IMG/VR virus record: IMGVR_UViG_3300048080_000243
DNA: 64,000 nt
DNA from: a virus
Direction: 5' to 3' (one strand)
Of this stretch, positions 1 to 9,586 are shown piece after piece. Each line of letters begins with the position of its first letter. Within the stretch, counting starts at the first letter, position 1. Both the position numbers and the translations under genes were made by a program. The notes beneath the pieces were generated by a model that did not search any database, was not told the origin of the DNA, and saw nothing but the letters and a program-made list of their open reading frames with translations.

Positions 1-101
1 GGCTCGGACTCTTGGTGTGGCCTCAACCCGTCGCCGAGATGGATTAGCCCGCAATACTTCGCGCAGATGGCCTCGGCGTGTTCTTCGAGTGTCGGCGTCA
101 T
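1..101 (-). CDS. hypothetical protein, partial (runs off window start)
   Basis: ATG at 101 overlaps the upstream stop (ATGA); open frame MTPTLEEHAEAIC to the window edge. Confidence 0.5.
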   Translation of the reverse strand, partial: MTPTLEEHAEAICAKYCGLIHLGDGLRPHQESE

Positions 102-340
102 TGGCGGTCCCCCTTGCGTTCGACGGGTGGGGCCGGGATGGGAATAGGCGCTGTCGCCATACGCACGCACTCCCGAGAAAGCCGGACGGCCTCGCACAGC
201 GTCGAAATCAGCGCGTTGTCCGGCGAGATCTTTTCCTGCTCATCCATCAGCAGTCGTTCGCACGCTCTCTCGAACTCCCAATGCGGGATCGTCATGGTGT
301 CTCCCGCCACGAGAGATTGCGCCCTCTCCTCCGGCGTCAC
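98..340 (-). CDS. hypothetical protein
   Basis: 80 aa ORF with 4-bp overlaps at both ends. Confidence 0.6.
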   Translation of the reverse strand: MTPEERAQSLVAGDTMTIPHWEFERACERLLMDEQEKISPDNALISTLCEAVRLSRECVRMATAPIPIPAPPVERKGDRQ

Positions 341-591
341 TCCGGCACCACTTCGAAGACGTCCCTATCCACCTTCCGCACAAATCCGGCAATACACCCG
401 CCTTTGATCTTCGTCTTGCCCGTAGGCGTTACCAGTTCCAGTTCGAATCGGCCACGATGCGTCGAAGAGACTCGCATCCTCATTCCCTTCTTGTACGTCT
501 TCCCGCCTCTGGTGGTCACGTCGCGATAAAGCACCACCATCTTGCCGACGTACTCCCGGCACAGAGCGAGATGCTGGCGACGAGTCCTCAT
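337..591 (-). CDS. hypothetical protein, possible SH3-like barrel
   Basis: 84 aa, beta-rich (YVGKMVVL..KKGMRMRV); coupled overlaps. Confidence 0.6.
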   Translation of the reverse strand: MRTRRQHLALCREYVGKMVVLYRDVTTRGGKTYKKGMRMRVSSTHRGRFELELVTPTGKTKIKGGCIAGFVRKVDRDVFEVVPE

Positions 592-998
592 GTTACTTCT
601 TCTTTGACGCCTTTGGGGGGCTGCCTCTTATCCCAATCTTCGAGCGACATGACATCGCTCCAATACCCGCTCAGCTTGTCGAACTCACCCTTTACGATCA
701 ACCGCAGTTCGTCCTCCGTCGGAAGCCGCCACGTCGCCTCGTTGTGGTAGTCGTAGCCGTCGAACTCCACAGGTCCCTCATAACCACCACTGGTCACTGC
801 CGCAGGAACACACTCGAAGATGATGATTCCGCTCTCCGGAAAGCCCTTCGGCAAACCGTCCAGCCCCATGTCCGAAGCAGACAAACCCACCGCATCCACG
901 TCACATTTGAACGATGGGCCCTTCCCATGAAGGACATGCACGTCACGCTTTGCACTGATGGCGATGACGATGCGTTCGCGGGGATGCTTGTCGTTCAC
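588..998 (-). CDS. hypothetical protein
   Basis: GTG at 998 overlaps the MTase TGA; 136 aa. Confidence 0.65.
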   Translation of the reverse strand: MNDKHPRERIVIAISAKRDVHVLHGKGPSFKCDVDAVGLSASDMGLDGLPKGFPESGIIIFECVPAAVTSGGYEGPVEFDGYDYHNEATWRLPTEDELRLIVKGEFDKLSGYWSDVMSLEDWDKRQPPKGVKEEVT

Positions 999-2020
999 GG
1001 CCACGCCCTCTCTTCCACAGCACCGACAGCCTGCAATCTTTCTCTGATCAGCGATTGATACGCCGGGTTCAGTTCGATTCCGATGAACGATCTTCCCAGT
1101 TCTTTCGCCACCGCCAACGTTGTACCCGACCCCGCGAATGGATCGAGCATCATGTCCCCCGGCCGCGACCCGCCCAAGATGCACGGCCGCACAAGGTCCG
1201 GTGGAAACGTGGCAAAGTGAACGCCCTTGAACGCCCTCGTCGGAATCTCCCACACCGTCCTCTTACTTCTCTTGAAATCTGTATTCGTCCACGGCACGCC
1301 GCTGCCGTCGTGGTTGCCGATACGGCCGCGCTCGCCCTCTACGTTCACCTTGCGCTGTTTGTTGCCCGATGTGTACCGATTGCCTGTCTCTGGCCGCTGG
1401 CCCGGAGCCGCGTAGCCCGGCCCCGTGACGTCGTGAAGATTGCGCCCTTTCGCGGGTTCGCGCATCGCCTTATAGTCGTAAAAGTACCGAATCGACTTGG
1501 ACAACAAAAAGATGTACTCGTGAGCTCGTACAGGTCGGTCACGCACCGACTCCGGCTTCACGTTCGGCTTATGCCAAATGATGTCGCTGCGCAAATACCA
1601 GCCATCAGCCTGCAACGCAAACGCGACTCGCCACGGGATGCCTACGAGGTCTTTAGGTTTGATCGTCGGATGATTCTTTAGCCTAGCCGCAGGGGAGTCG
1701 AACAAATACCGGTCTTTGTCCGACGCTGAAGCAGCAACACCACGCTGCATAGGAACGTTGCCACGATTCCCTCTGGAATGACAATCACCAAGATTCAGCC
1801 AAAGAGTACCGTCCTTCTTCAAAACACGTCGGACCTCTCGAAAGACAGCCACCATCCGGTCAACGTATTCTTGCGGGTCGCGTTCCAGTCCAAACTGTCC
1901 CGCAATCTTGTAATCCCGTTGCCCCCAGTATGGCGGAGACGTCACACACGTCTGCACTGATTCCGCCGGAACGTCCGGCAACACCTTCAGCGCGTCGCCG
2001 ATCAGAAGCTGGCTGCTCAC
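995..2020 (-). CDS. DNA amino-methyltransferase, beta class (probably N4-cytosine)
   Basis: Catalytic TSPPYW near the N-terminus, SAM-binding LDPFAGSGTT near the C-terminus, HFATFPPDL; GTG start at 2020. Confidence 0.92.
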   Translation of the reverse strand: MSSQLLIGDALKVLPDVPAESVQTCVTSPPYWGQRDYKIAGQFGLERDPQEYVDRMVAVFREVRRVLKKDGTLWLNLGDCHSRGNRGNVPMQRGVAASASDKDRYLFDSPAARLKNHPTIKPKDLVGIPWRVAFALQADGWYLRSDIIWHKPNVKPESVRDRPVRAHEYIFLLSKSIRYFYDYKAMREPAKGRNLHDVTGPGYAAPGQRPETGNRYTSGNKQRKVNVEGERGRIGNHDGSGVPWTNTDFKRSKRTVWEIPTRAFKGVHFATFPPDLVRPCILGGSRPGDMMLDPFAGSGTTLAVAKELGRSFIGIELNPAYQSLIRERLQAVGAVEERAWP

Positions 2021-2202
2021 GACTTTCTCTCGTTGAGCCCCGCCGCGTGGACGACGGCCACGTTTCGCTTCCGGTGGGCGACGGTACAAGACGCCATCGT
2101 CATCGGCCTGCCGCTGAACAGTTCACGTTGTCTCTTTTCGCATGTCCAGTGGCGACGCTCGCCGCCACGACCGCACAAGCAGACGTACGCCTGCCACTTC
2201 AC
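2017..2202 (-). CDS. small hypothetical protein
   Basis: 61 aa, GTGA overlaps at both ends. Confidence 0.45.
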   Translation of the reverse strand: MKWQAYVCLCGRGGERRHWTCEKRQRELFSGRPMTMASCTVAHRKRNVAVVHAAGLNERKS

Positions 2203-2768
2203 CGCACTTCCCTCAATCTTGCTTTCAGTTCTGCCACATTCCGGCCGGTGTACCGCACGACCCGAGGATGCTTGTCCGCCCCCTCGTTCCACGGTTGCGC
2301 CACGCACACAACCAGTCCACGCGGACGCACCTCCAACCACGGAAGAAAATACGTCGGCCAGTCGTCCACGAGGACACGCCCGTACATCAACGACTTGTCA
2401 CTCGTGACCGTGACTGGAACGTTATCCAACTGCTTCTTGCACCACTCCATCTTCTCGCTCCACGCCGACGGCGTGTTGCGCGGGCCCTTGGACAAAACAT
2501 GCAAATCGAACCCGAGCGACCGCAAGATGTCCACGACTTCAAAGCCGCGCGGAATCCGTTCCAGACCGCGCCAGAAACCCGGAGACCCCTGCACCAGCCG
2601 ACGCCGCGCTTTGGTATGTGACTCTTCGCTCTCGTCTCCGTCCGGCCCACGGCCGCAGTACGGCACCTCCGACGGGGCCTGCAGCCGACGCATACGAGTC
2701 ACAAGACTGCCGTCGTAGTCGGCCAGCGTACCGTCCAGATCCACGAGGGCAAGCGGCTTGTCTCTCAC
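2199..2768 (-). CDS. 5'(3')-deoxyribonucleotidase (NT5C-type HAD phosphatase)
   Basis: LVDLDGTLADY, GFWRGL, EKMEWC, DKSL, LVDD motifs. Confidence 0.85.
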   Translation of the reverse strand: MRDKPLALVDLDGTLADYDGSLVTRMRRLQAPSEVPYCGRGPDGDESEESHTKARRRLVQGSPGFWRGLERIPRGFEVVDILRSLGFDLHVLSKGPRNTPSAWSEKMEWCKKQLDNVPVTVTSDKSLMYGRVLVDDWPTYFLPWLEVRPRGLVVCVAQPWNEGADKHPRVVRYTGRNVAELKARLREVR

Positions 2769-2968
2769 TTTTCTTCCTTTCGTACTTCGATCCAGTCCCC
2801 GCCTTTCGGGTGCCCCATTTGGTTCTCCGGGCAGTAACCGCCGTAGCGGTCCCACTTCAACAGCGCCCCGCAGTTTACGCAGTGCGTCCGCGACTTCCTG
2901 ATCGTCTTGGTTTGACGACAGGACGGATGGATCACGAGAACCCGGTAGTCTTTTGGATCGCCCATCAC
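2765..2968 (-). CDS. small Zn-ribbon protein
   Basis: HCVNCG...YCP. Confidence 0.55.
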   Translation of the reverse strand: MMGDPKDYRVLVIHPSCRQTKTIRKSRTHCVNCGALLKWDRYGGYCPENQMGHPKGGDWIEVRKEEK

Positions 2969-3501
2969 CAGTCGCTTAGATCTTTGGGCGGTTTGATGTT
3001 CCGACGTCGAAGCTCGTTCACCAGCGCTCTGTACATCCTGCTCCTGAAAATCAACGGTGCCATGTCCCGCGCCAACCGACTACGTCTAAACTCTTCTTGT
3101 TCCCGCGAATCACTTACCAGCATGTACTTCGCCGCATTGAACAAGTGCGAGTCCATCATCTTCCGGATTTGTAGTACATCTCCTTCCCGCGTCATCCACG
3201 TCGTTGGGCCGCCCGCGTCACAGGTTTCGCAATCCACTTTCACACAAGCAACCCGGTCATGGGAGGGTCTTTTGTAGCGGTTCAATCGTTGCAACTCTCG
3301 TTGCCGCAGTATTTCCCGTTCGGTTCTGCTTAGGCCATCATCCTCGGAAAAGTTTTCATCGAAGCTTCTACGCTGGTCCCCCGACCTTTTGGGCTCTTGC
3401 TTTTTGGGCTCTTGCTTCTTCGGCGGCCGTGGGCGCTCAACGCCCGTCATCTCCTCGCCGATGGTCTGGAACCGTTTAGCAGCGTCGCTGGGTTCAGCCA
3501 T
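2965..3501 (-). CDS. hypothetical protein
   Basis: 178 aa; KKQEP tandem duplication; CxxxxCxxC. Confidence 0.6.
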   Translation of the reverse strand: MAEPSDAAKRFQTIGEEMTGVERPRPPKKQEPKKQEPKRSGDQRRSFDENFSEDDGLSRTEREILRQRELQRLNRYKRPSHDRVACVKVDCETCDAGGPTTWMTREGDVLQIRKMMDSHLFNAAKYMLVSDSREQEEFRRSRLARDMAPLIFRSRMYRALVNELRRRNIKPPKDLSDW

Positions 3502-3502
3502 C

Positions 3503-3877
3503 TTAGATCAGCGGCGGACCTTCAAATGGGTCCGGCTCTCCCCTCGCCGCCAACTGTACACGCACCACGGCACGAAGCCGGTCAAACTCCTTGTAATCCT
3601 GAATCCGGCCGTGGCGAAGAAGACAAAGACGGTTCTGGTACGCGATCACCGATTCGGCCTTGGCAGCTTCGAGCAGTTCATCCAACTGCAGCCGGGCCTT
3701 GCCCAGCTCGAAACGAAGAAGTCCTGTTTCCTGCAGAGCCTGAGCGATCAACGCGTCGAGATCCTGCGCCATACCTGAATCCGGGTCGGGCCGGTGACTC
3801 CCGATCTCACTGCTGTGGCCGAGATCGGCGCTGTCCCAGTCCTGCAGGAACTTCTGCTTCAGTTCGTCGATGGTCAT
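3503..3877 (-). CDS. hypothetical protein
   Basis: 124 aa; ATG preceded by CGAAATAAC-N5. Confidence 0.7.
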   Translation of the reverse strand: MTIDELKQKFLQDWDSADLGHSSEIGSHRPDPDSGMAQDLDALIAQALQETGLLRFELGKARLQLDELLEAAKAESVIAYQNRLCLLRHGRIQDYKEFDRLRAVVRVQLAARGEPDPFEGPPLI

Positions 3878-3882
3878 GGATG

Positions 3883-3891
3883 GTTATTTCG
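3883..3891 (-). promoter_or_regulatory. CGAAATAAC motif, copy 1 (5 nt before ATG 3877)
   Basis: Exact 9-mer found 5 times, always on the coding strand. Confidence 0.65.
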
Positions 3892-4510
3892 CCTCTCGGG
3901 TGAACACGACCGTTGCCATCGTTGCACGCTTCCACTTGTAGAACCGCCATTCATGTTGAAGTTCCCACCCTCCCACCTTCATGTGATACAGCAACGCCTT
4001 GTTGCTCTTGAGGTAGTCATAGAGGTCATCCCAGTCAAACACCCGCTTGCCGCGAGGGTTTCGAACGATCATGTGTCCCACGACCATCGTGTAGCCATTT
4101 GTTTGATTCACGACGTCCAACACACTCGCCAACCGGTTCAACGTGGCTCGTGGTTCTTTGGGGATGTCCACGTACACAAGCTCTGGTGCCAACATACCCC
4201 GCCGCAAGTATGAATCCATCATTTGAACCAAGTCAGCGTTTTCAATCGTGGCGTAAGGATACACTTTCTTGATCACGGCAGACGACACAGCGCAACGCTC
4301 TGGGTTCACTTCGGCCGCGTAATACTGGCCTTGTGTGATCACACCCTCAGAGATCGCCTGCACGATCTCCCCGCCTTTTTTGAGCGATTCGTATTTGCCG
4401 CAGGCGGTCCAATACTGACGAAAGTCAGGAATGGCACGACGGCCTGAGTGACGACGGTACACATCGAACACCGTCTTCAACCGCGCGGGGTCTTTGTCAG
4501 CCCACTTCAT
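3884..4510 (-). CDS. hypothetical protein, possible degenerate Rossmann/SAM-MTase-like fold
   Basis: YWTACG, YYAAEVNP, IENADL and LVYVDI are spaced like class I MTase strands; coupled to the helicase. The fold call is weak. Confidence 0.6.
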   Translation of the reverse strand: MKWADKDPARLKTVFDVYRRHSGRRAIPDFRQYWTACGKYESLKKGGEIVQAISEGVITQGQYYAAEVNPERCAVSSAVIKKVYPYATIENADLVQMMDSYLRRGMLAPELVYVDIPKEPRATLNRLASVLDVVNQTNGYTMVVGHMIVRNPRGKRVFDWDDLYDYLKSNKALLYHMKVGGWELQHEWRFYKWKRATMATVVFTREAK

Positions 4511-7500
4511 GCGGCCAGCCTGCGTTCAAACTGTCGCCGAACCGCCCAACGCGTATTTCCTGTAAGTTGAAACATTGACAAACCGTACTGGCCTGACGGT
4601 CGTGAAGGAAACCCCGGAAGCTTGCCAGAATGTACCAGTTTTTGATACTCGACGTGAGTCGTGATGTTGAAACGCTGGCGCACAATCGGCCACACTTTCA
4701 GAAACTCCTGTTTTGAAAGTATGTACACCTTGTCCAAAAACACAGATATGGACATCTTGTAAGTTTGATGCGGATTCCACGGGAATCCAGGCGGTAGCTT
4801 ACCAGCTCGTTTGGCGGACTGATACTGACTTGTGCTTGTAATGTGCAGACGCTTTCGAAGCGCAGGCCACAAACTCCAAAATTCCTCTTTGGTCATCGTC
4901 CTAGTTTTACCAACAAACAACAGCCAAGGTACACCGTACTCCACGGTAGGATCAGGAGGAAATCCGGGTGGAAGTTTTCCCGCAAGAAAAGCTTGCCTAT
5001 AAGTCAAATGTGTGTCGAGTCGCAAACGCTGTCGTACTATTGGCCAAAACCGCAAAAATTCGTTTTTCGAAAACTTGAGTGTTTTTCCAGCCACGTCATG
5101 CCACTCGATGCCGTAAGTCATTTTTGGATTTCTGGGAAACCCAACTGGAAGTTTGCCCGCTGCATGAGCCCTCAAATAGTCCTGGCCAGACTTGATGCCT
5201 ACTTGCTGTCTTAGGCCGGGAAGTTGTTGCAAAAAATGTTGTTTAGAAAGATACCGGCCACCAACAATTTTCCTCCATGTCATGTCATACGCCCATTTTG
5301 GAGAACCCGGACATTTGACGTCCAGCGTACCCGCCTTGCGACAACTGTGGTACATTCTTTCCGAGTATATATTTTTGAATTTCAAATAACTCCTAAATTC
5401 TGTCAAAGTAAAAACCACTACAGGAGGCGACAACTGGGACACCAAATCGGCCAAGGACACATCAAAGTGGTTGCGGAGACGAGAATTGACACCGCTCCAC
5501 TGCAGACCAGGGTGTCCCTTGACAGGACCTCCATGTACAGTCGGTAACGCGCCGAATCCGATCGATTCGATAATGATATCTTTGATGCCAGATAACGACA
5601 GGTAACGTGCTTGTTCAAGCCCTTGCAGTTCCGCTACAAGGTCTTTCAGACCACTATTGAAACGGTGATGCCACCATGAATTAGCTGCGCCCCAAACTCT
5701 CCCATCGCCGTGTATACGTCCACTGTTAGCTGTAGGCCACTCACCAGTTCTAGAATGATGAGCACGCACGTAACAAACAATCAAATCTCTCGACCAAGGA
5801 ATACCACGTTTTTTGTTTATGGCACCGAGCTGTTGACTTGTGATTTGAACTGTTGCAATACGCAAACAGTCCAAAGCATCGTTTTGAATGTCGAGATTTT
5901 GACCTACACCCGCAGCATCCCGCATCTCCGCGCTACGTTCACTCAGAATCTTCACCAACTCCCTGGCGATCCAATCTTTCTGAAATGTAGTCAGTAAGCT
6001 CCCCTCCACATCTTCGATCGCCTGCCGAGCCAACCCCAACACATCCGCGCTTGAAGCATCCCTTACACTCTTGCGCAACCCTTCCATGTACTCCGACACA
6101 GTGCCAAGATCTTGCAACCGCTCCAAAGCAACTCGTTCTTCATCCGTGTGTTTGAGAGTCAATTCGGGAACTTTCCACAACACACTCATAGCAAGATGGG
6201 CTACAATTGCGCCCATTGAATCCGTGATCCACTCCGCGACCGCGTCTTCATCGGCCAGTCTATCCGGAGCCGGAAGATTGACCAAAAACTCAAATTGCTT
6301 TTTCGCGTCACGCAACCCACGGCCCATCATCTGAACAGTTGTGGTCATGGACTTGCGCGGCCCCACAACCACCATGCGCTCCAACGTCGGATCGTCGAAA
6401 CCTTCCTGACACAAACCCATGGCAAACGTCACTTGAAAAGCGTTGCGTCCAGCATCAAGTTCATCACACATCCACTTTACTTTTGTATCACGGGCTGGAC
6501 CTGCTCCACATACAAGATCCAACACTTCCACTTTCTCACCCGTACGAGTTTGCAGAGTAACAGTGTTTCCGTTGGCCTGAACAACAGGCCCAATTGCCTT
6601 CATGTACCGTTTGACCATCCCTTGTTTCCGCGCTTCAAGGGCGGTCCCCGGCAAACCACACAGAGGAGATTGCGTCCAAGGCGTATAAATCAGCGTTCTC
6701 TTGGACGGTTGTTCGTACAACTTCGCTATTGTTTTTTCCGGGTGCCCCGCCACAAAACCAAGCTTCACCTTTTTCAACACCGACATTGAGTCAAGGTGCT
6801 GTCGCATCGTCATGTTGTAAACGTCGAAACGGGCCTTCGGGCCAAATAGCCGCCTGTCCTCCACGATGGCCCTTCGGTCCGAACGCATCCACGTAGCCGT
6901 AGCCAAAACCAAGCGACCCGGCTGCTCCTCCACGTAAAAATGATAGATCTTTCCCAACTCGTTCTGCGCTTTTTCTTCAATCTGGTCCTTGTATTTCTCC
7001 TGACCTTCGCTGTCCGTGTACTTGCCGTGGTGCGCTTCATCAACAAAAAGATGGACGTTTTTCCAACACTCTTTCCACCCCTGCGGGTCTTGCTCTTGGA
7101 GACGTTGGTACGCCTGAACCAGAGCCGTGTGAGTGCACACAACCACACGCTGGGAAACCGACCCGCGTGGACTCTCTCTCAAAAAGTTCACCAGACGGTC
7201 AATCGTTTTACCGTGTTCATGCATCAGAACAACAGAGGGAACGAACTCCACCACGTCTTCGCCGGGGTTGTCGCCAAAACGCACTCGCACCGGTTCCCTG
7301 TGCATGAAATCGAACGATCTCAAGATGATGGGCTTTGTTGGCGCAACAAGGATGGCCCGTGAAGTGGGGTCTTTACGAATGGCGTCGTGACAAAGCCCCA
7401 AGATCACCGCACTTTTCCCGGCACCAGTCGCCATCTTGATAAGTGCACAGCGCGATTCACGCAACCTGTGCCAAGCTTTCATCTGGTGCGGCCGAGCGAC

Positions 7501-7644
7501 CAGAGCCCCGTCTTCGTCCTTCCTCTCAGGGGCCGCCTTTGTTCCGCACACATACTCGTCCGTCAGACTCGCCCAAGGCGCAGTTTCCACCACAACGCCG
7601 TCAGCGTGTGAGGGGTTCGGAAGTTGGCCAAGTTCGGGTGTCAT
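4507..7644 (-). CDS. SF2 (ResIII/DEAH-like) helicase with C-terminal repeat arrays
   Basis: ARPHQ Q-motif, MATGAGKS, FVDEAHH, ATAT, QMMGRGLRD; two ~57 aa repeats followed by five ~59 aa repeats. Confidence 0.9.
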   Translation of the reverse strand: MTPELGQLPNPSHADGVVVETAPWASLTDEYVCGTKAAPERKDEDGALVARPHQMKAWHRLRESRCALIKMATGAGKSAVILGLCHDAIRKDPTSRAILVAPTKPIILRSFDFMHREPVRVRFGDNPGEDVVEFVPSVVLMHEHGKTIDRLVNFLRESPRGSVSQRVVVCTHTALVQAYQRLQEQDPQGWKECWKNVHLFVDEAHHGKYTDSEGQEKYKDQIEEKAQNELGKIYHFYVEEQPGRLVLATATWMRSDRRAIVEDRRLFGPKARFDVYNMTMRQHLDSMSVLKKVKLGFVAGHPEKTIAKLYEQPSKRTLIYTPWTQSPLCGLPGTALEARKQGMVKRYMKAIGPVVQANGNTVTLQTRTGEKVEVLDLVCGAGPARDTKVKWMCDELDAGRNAFQVTFAMGLCQEGFDDPTLERMVVVGPRKSMTTTVQMMGRGLRDAKKQFEFLVNLPAPDRLADEDAVAEWITDSMGAIVAHLAMSVLWKVPELTLKHTDEERVALERLQDLGTVSEYMEGLRKSVRDASSADVLGLARQAIEDVEGSLLTTFQKDWIARELVKILSERSAEMRDAAGVGQNLDIQNDALDCLRIATVQITSQQLGAINKKRGIPWSRDLIVCYVRAHHSRTGEWPTANSGRIHGDGRVWGAANSWWHHRFNSGLKDLVAELQGLEQARYLSLSGIKDIIIESIGFGALPTVHGGPVKGHPGLQWSGVNSRLRNHFDVSLADLVSQLSPPVVVFTLTEFRSYLKFKNIYSERMYHSCRKAGTLDVKCPGSPKWAYDMTWRKIVGGRYLSKQHFLQQLPGLRQQVGIKSGQDYLRAHAAGKLPVGFPRNPKMTYGIEWHDVAGKTLKFSKNEFLRFWPIVRQRLRLDTHLTYRQAFLAGKLPPGFPPDPTVEYGVPWLLFVGKTRTMTKEEFWSLWPALRKRLHITSTSQYQSAKRAGKLPPGFPWNPHQTYKMSISVFLDKVYILSKQEFLKVWPIVRQRFNITTHVEYQKLVHSGKLPGFPSRPSGQYGLSMFQLTGNTRWAVRRQFERRLAA
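4540..5420 (-). repeat. five degenerate ~59-aa (174-177 bp) coding repeats in the helicase C-terminus
   Basis: GKLPxGFPxxP recurs at about 4612, 4786, 4963 and 5140, with a more diverged copy near 5300. Confidence 0.85.
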
Positions 7645-7649
7645 GCCCA

Positions 7650-7658
7650 GTTATTTCG
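7650..7658 (-). promoter_or_regulatory. CGAAATAAC motif, copy 2 (5 nt before helicase ATG 7644)
   Basis: GTCCGAAATAAC-TGGGC-ATG. Confidence 0.7.
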
Positions 7659-7878
7659 GACTCCCATCTATCTTCCTGCACTCTTCACAATGACACTCCA
7701 CCGGGATCTCCGTCGCCCCCTCCGGAACGTGCTCCCAGCACCAATGCGACATGCCCCATTCCTCATCCTTCTCGTAGTAGGCCGCGTGCCCGCACTTGTC
7801 GCACGTAACCCACATAACTACACGGCCGTCTTCGATCCACACCCGGCCGAGCTTCGGATGTTCAGCCCACCGTCCCAC
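7651..7878 (-). CDS. small Cys-rich hypothetical protein
   Basis: CDKCG and CHCEEC; GTG start inferred. Confidence 0.55.
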   Translation of the reverse strand: MGRWAEHPKLGRVWIEDGRVVMWVTCDKCGHAAYYEKDEEWGMSHWCWEHVPEGATEIPVECHCEECRKIDGSPK

Positions 7879-8086
7879 TCGTCTCTTCTTTTTTCCGGTT
7901 GGCGGTGATGTACACGGTAGGTTCCACGCTCGTGAGGATGAACGTCTTCTCACAGGAACCACAGTCCCACTCATCCCCGCTGTTCAGGCGGCCGACGCTC
8001 TCCCACAGGGCGTTGTTCGCCCCGCAGTACGGACAGGCAAGGCGGTAATGGTCGCCTGTTGTCTCGGTATCTTCGTCTTCGGCCAT
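7862..8086 (-). CDS. Zn-ribbon protein
   Basis: ACPYCG...WDCGSCEKTF. Confidence 0.7.
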   Translation of the reverse strand: MAEDEDTETTGDHYRLACPYCGANNALWESVGRLNSGDEWDCGSCEKTFILTSVEPTVYITANRKKEETSGTVG

Positions 8087-8087
8087 A

Positions 8088-8879
8088 TCAGAGGATCAGC
8101 GTTGCCGCTTCGAACCCGGCCGCATTCTTGTGTCCGCCCCCGCCGTGCTTCTTGGCGATCTCCGAAACGTCGAAGTCACCAATAGACCGGAGCGAATACT
8201 GGAACCGCCCATCATGCCGTTGCCACCACACGAGAGCAAACGGCTGGCCCTCAGCCAAGGCGCTCCCAAGTTCTGACACGTCGAACTGGGGAGCGTTCAC
8301 GACGGGAACAGTGTGGCCCTCAAACTCCACCATGCGCATATTGCCCTTCATCGCCGCGATGTACGCTTTCGTCTTCCGCAGGATCATCGCGCCCCGTTCG
8401 ATGAGTTCCTTGGCGTCGAGCTTCGACAGTTCCTCCCAATCCTTCAACGTCATCGGCGTCGAACCCACATAAGCGCTGACCTCGTCCGGAAACGGCAAAG
8501 CGTTGCGCCAGATGTCGCGATCTTCGACGTACTTGACCAAGACAGGCCGCTCACCCTGAAAGAAATAATCCCACGCCATCCCCGCTCCGCTCCGCTCCAT
8601 GTCAAAGCGAGTGTACGGCAGTCCGGCCAAGTCCGCTTCGGCCGTCTTGTGGTGATCCAGCACCAGCAGGTCGTGCGCTGCCGCGTGAAGGGCTTCCATC
8701 ATCGACCGCTTGTAGCTGAAATCGATGATGTACACCTTCCGGTCCGCAACACTGGGCGGGGGCGTTCCGTAGAACGCCGGGTGAAGCTCCACCGCCCCGT
8801 CGAAGAACTTGTGGGCGATCCACGCGGCCGTGAAGCCGTCCTTGCAGGCGGCATGGTAGATGACGAGCGGAAGCTTCAC
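8088..8879 (-). CDS. DHH/DHHA1 phosphoesterase
   Basis: YHxxCxDG, IIDFS, LDHH, EDRD, SLRS, GGGGHKNAAGF. Confidence 0.92.
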   Translation of the reverse strand: MKLPLVIYHAACKDGFTAAWIAHKFFDGAVELHPAFYGTPPPSVADRKVYIIDFSYKRSMMEALHAAAHDLLVLDHHKTAEADLAGLPYTRFDMERSGAGMAWDYFFQGERPVLVKYVEDRDIWRNALPFPDEVSAYVGSTPMTLKDWEELSKLDAKELIERGAMILRKTKAYIAAMKGNMRMVEFEGHTVPVVNAPQFDVSELGSALAEGQPFALVWWQRHDGRFQYSLRSIGDFDVSEIAKKHGGGGHKNAAGFEAATLIL

Positions 8880-9586
8880 AGCGGGCCCACTTTTTCTTTC
8901 AGGTGGTCCGCGTACTTCTCCGTCAACTCAGCGAAGAGCAACGCAGACTTCGCCACCTCTTTCAGCGCTTCAATTCGGTCGGCGTTCCGCATCCACGCCT
9001 GAGTGTGGAACATCGGGCCCGTGGTTTCGAAGTGCTCCAACGTCTCGATGTACTGCGGCAGAAGGCCATAGATCTCTTTTGCAGTGGTCGCAAGCTCCAC
9101 CAGCTTAGCGAACACGCGCCGGGCCTCGGCTGATTCCTTCGAGATCGGCTGGGCCCTCTGCTGCAACGACTTGAACAGGTTGCCCGCCAACTGAGTCTCG
9201 GAGATTTCCGGCAGTTCCGGAATCTCCGGCCCCTGCACCGAGATCTTTTCCCCCTCACAATGCACCGTCGCCACGCACACGCTGGTCTCCCGGTCGCCGC
9301 CCACATGCACCTTCACCTTGAGGGACGGGGCGACCTTCACCAACTTTTCCAAGTGACGAGCGATGGACGCCGCGCCCATATTACGTTCGCCAGTGTTCCC
9401 CACCGCGTTGATGACCTTTGCTGGCCACATACCGACCCCGGCCAGTCCGCCGGTGAACGCGAGGGCCCCGAACTTGTCGCCCAAGGAATCTTCGTTGCGG
9501 TAGTCGCAGTTGATGGCGTCTCGAAGCGGTTCAACCTCCGCTTCCGCGCACGTCCCCGTGATCCACGCTCTGTGCCAGTTTCCCAT
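8876..9586 (-). CDS. hypothetical protein
   Basis: ATG at 9586 with GAGGAGG RBS; 236 aa. Confidence 0.7.
   Translation of the reverse strand: MGNWHRAWITGTCAEAEVEPLRDAINCDYRNEDSLGDKFGALAFTGGLAGVGMWPAKVINAVGNTGERNMGAASIARHLEKLVKVAPSLKVKVHVGGDRETSVCVATVHCEGEKISVQGPEIPELPEISETQLAGNLFKSLQQRAQPISKESAEARRVFAKLVELATTAKEIYGLLPQYIETLEHFETTGPMFHTQAWMRNADRIEALKEVAKSALLFAELTEKYADHLKEKVGPL

Noticed and set aside
3387-3416. 15-bp tandem duplication TTTTGGGCTCTTGCT x2
   Set aside because: In-frame KKQEP duplication in a disordered region; ordinary slippage
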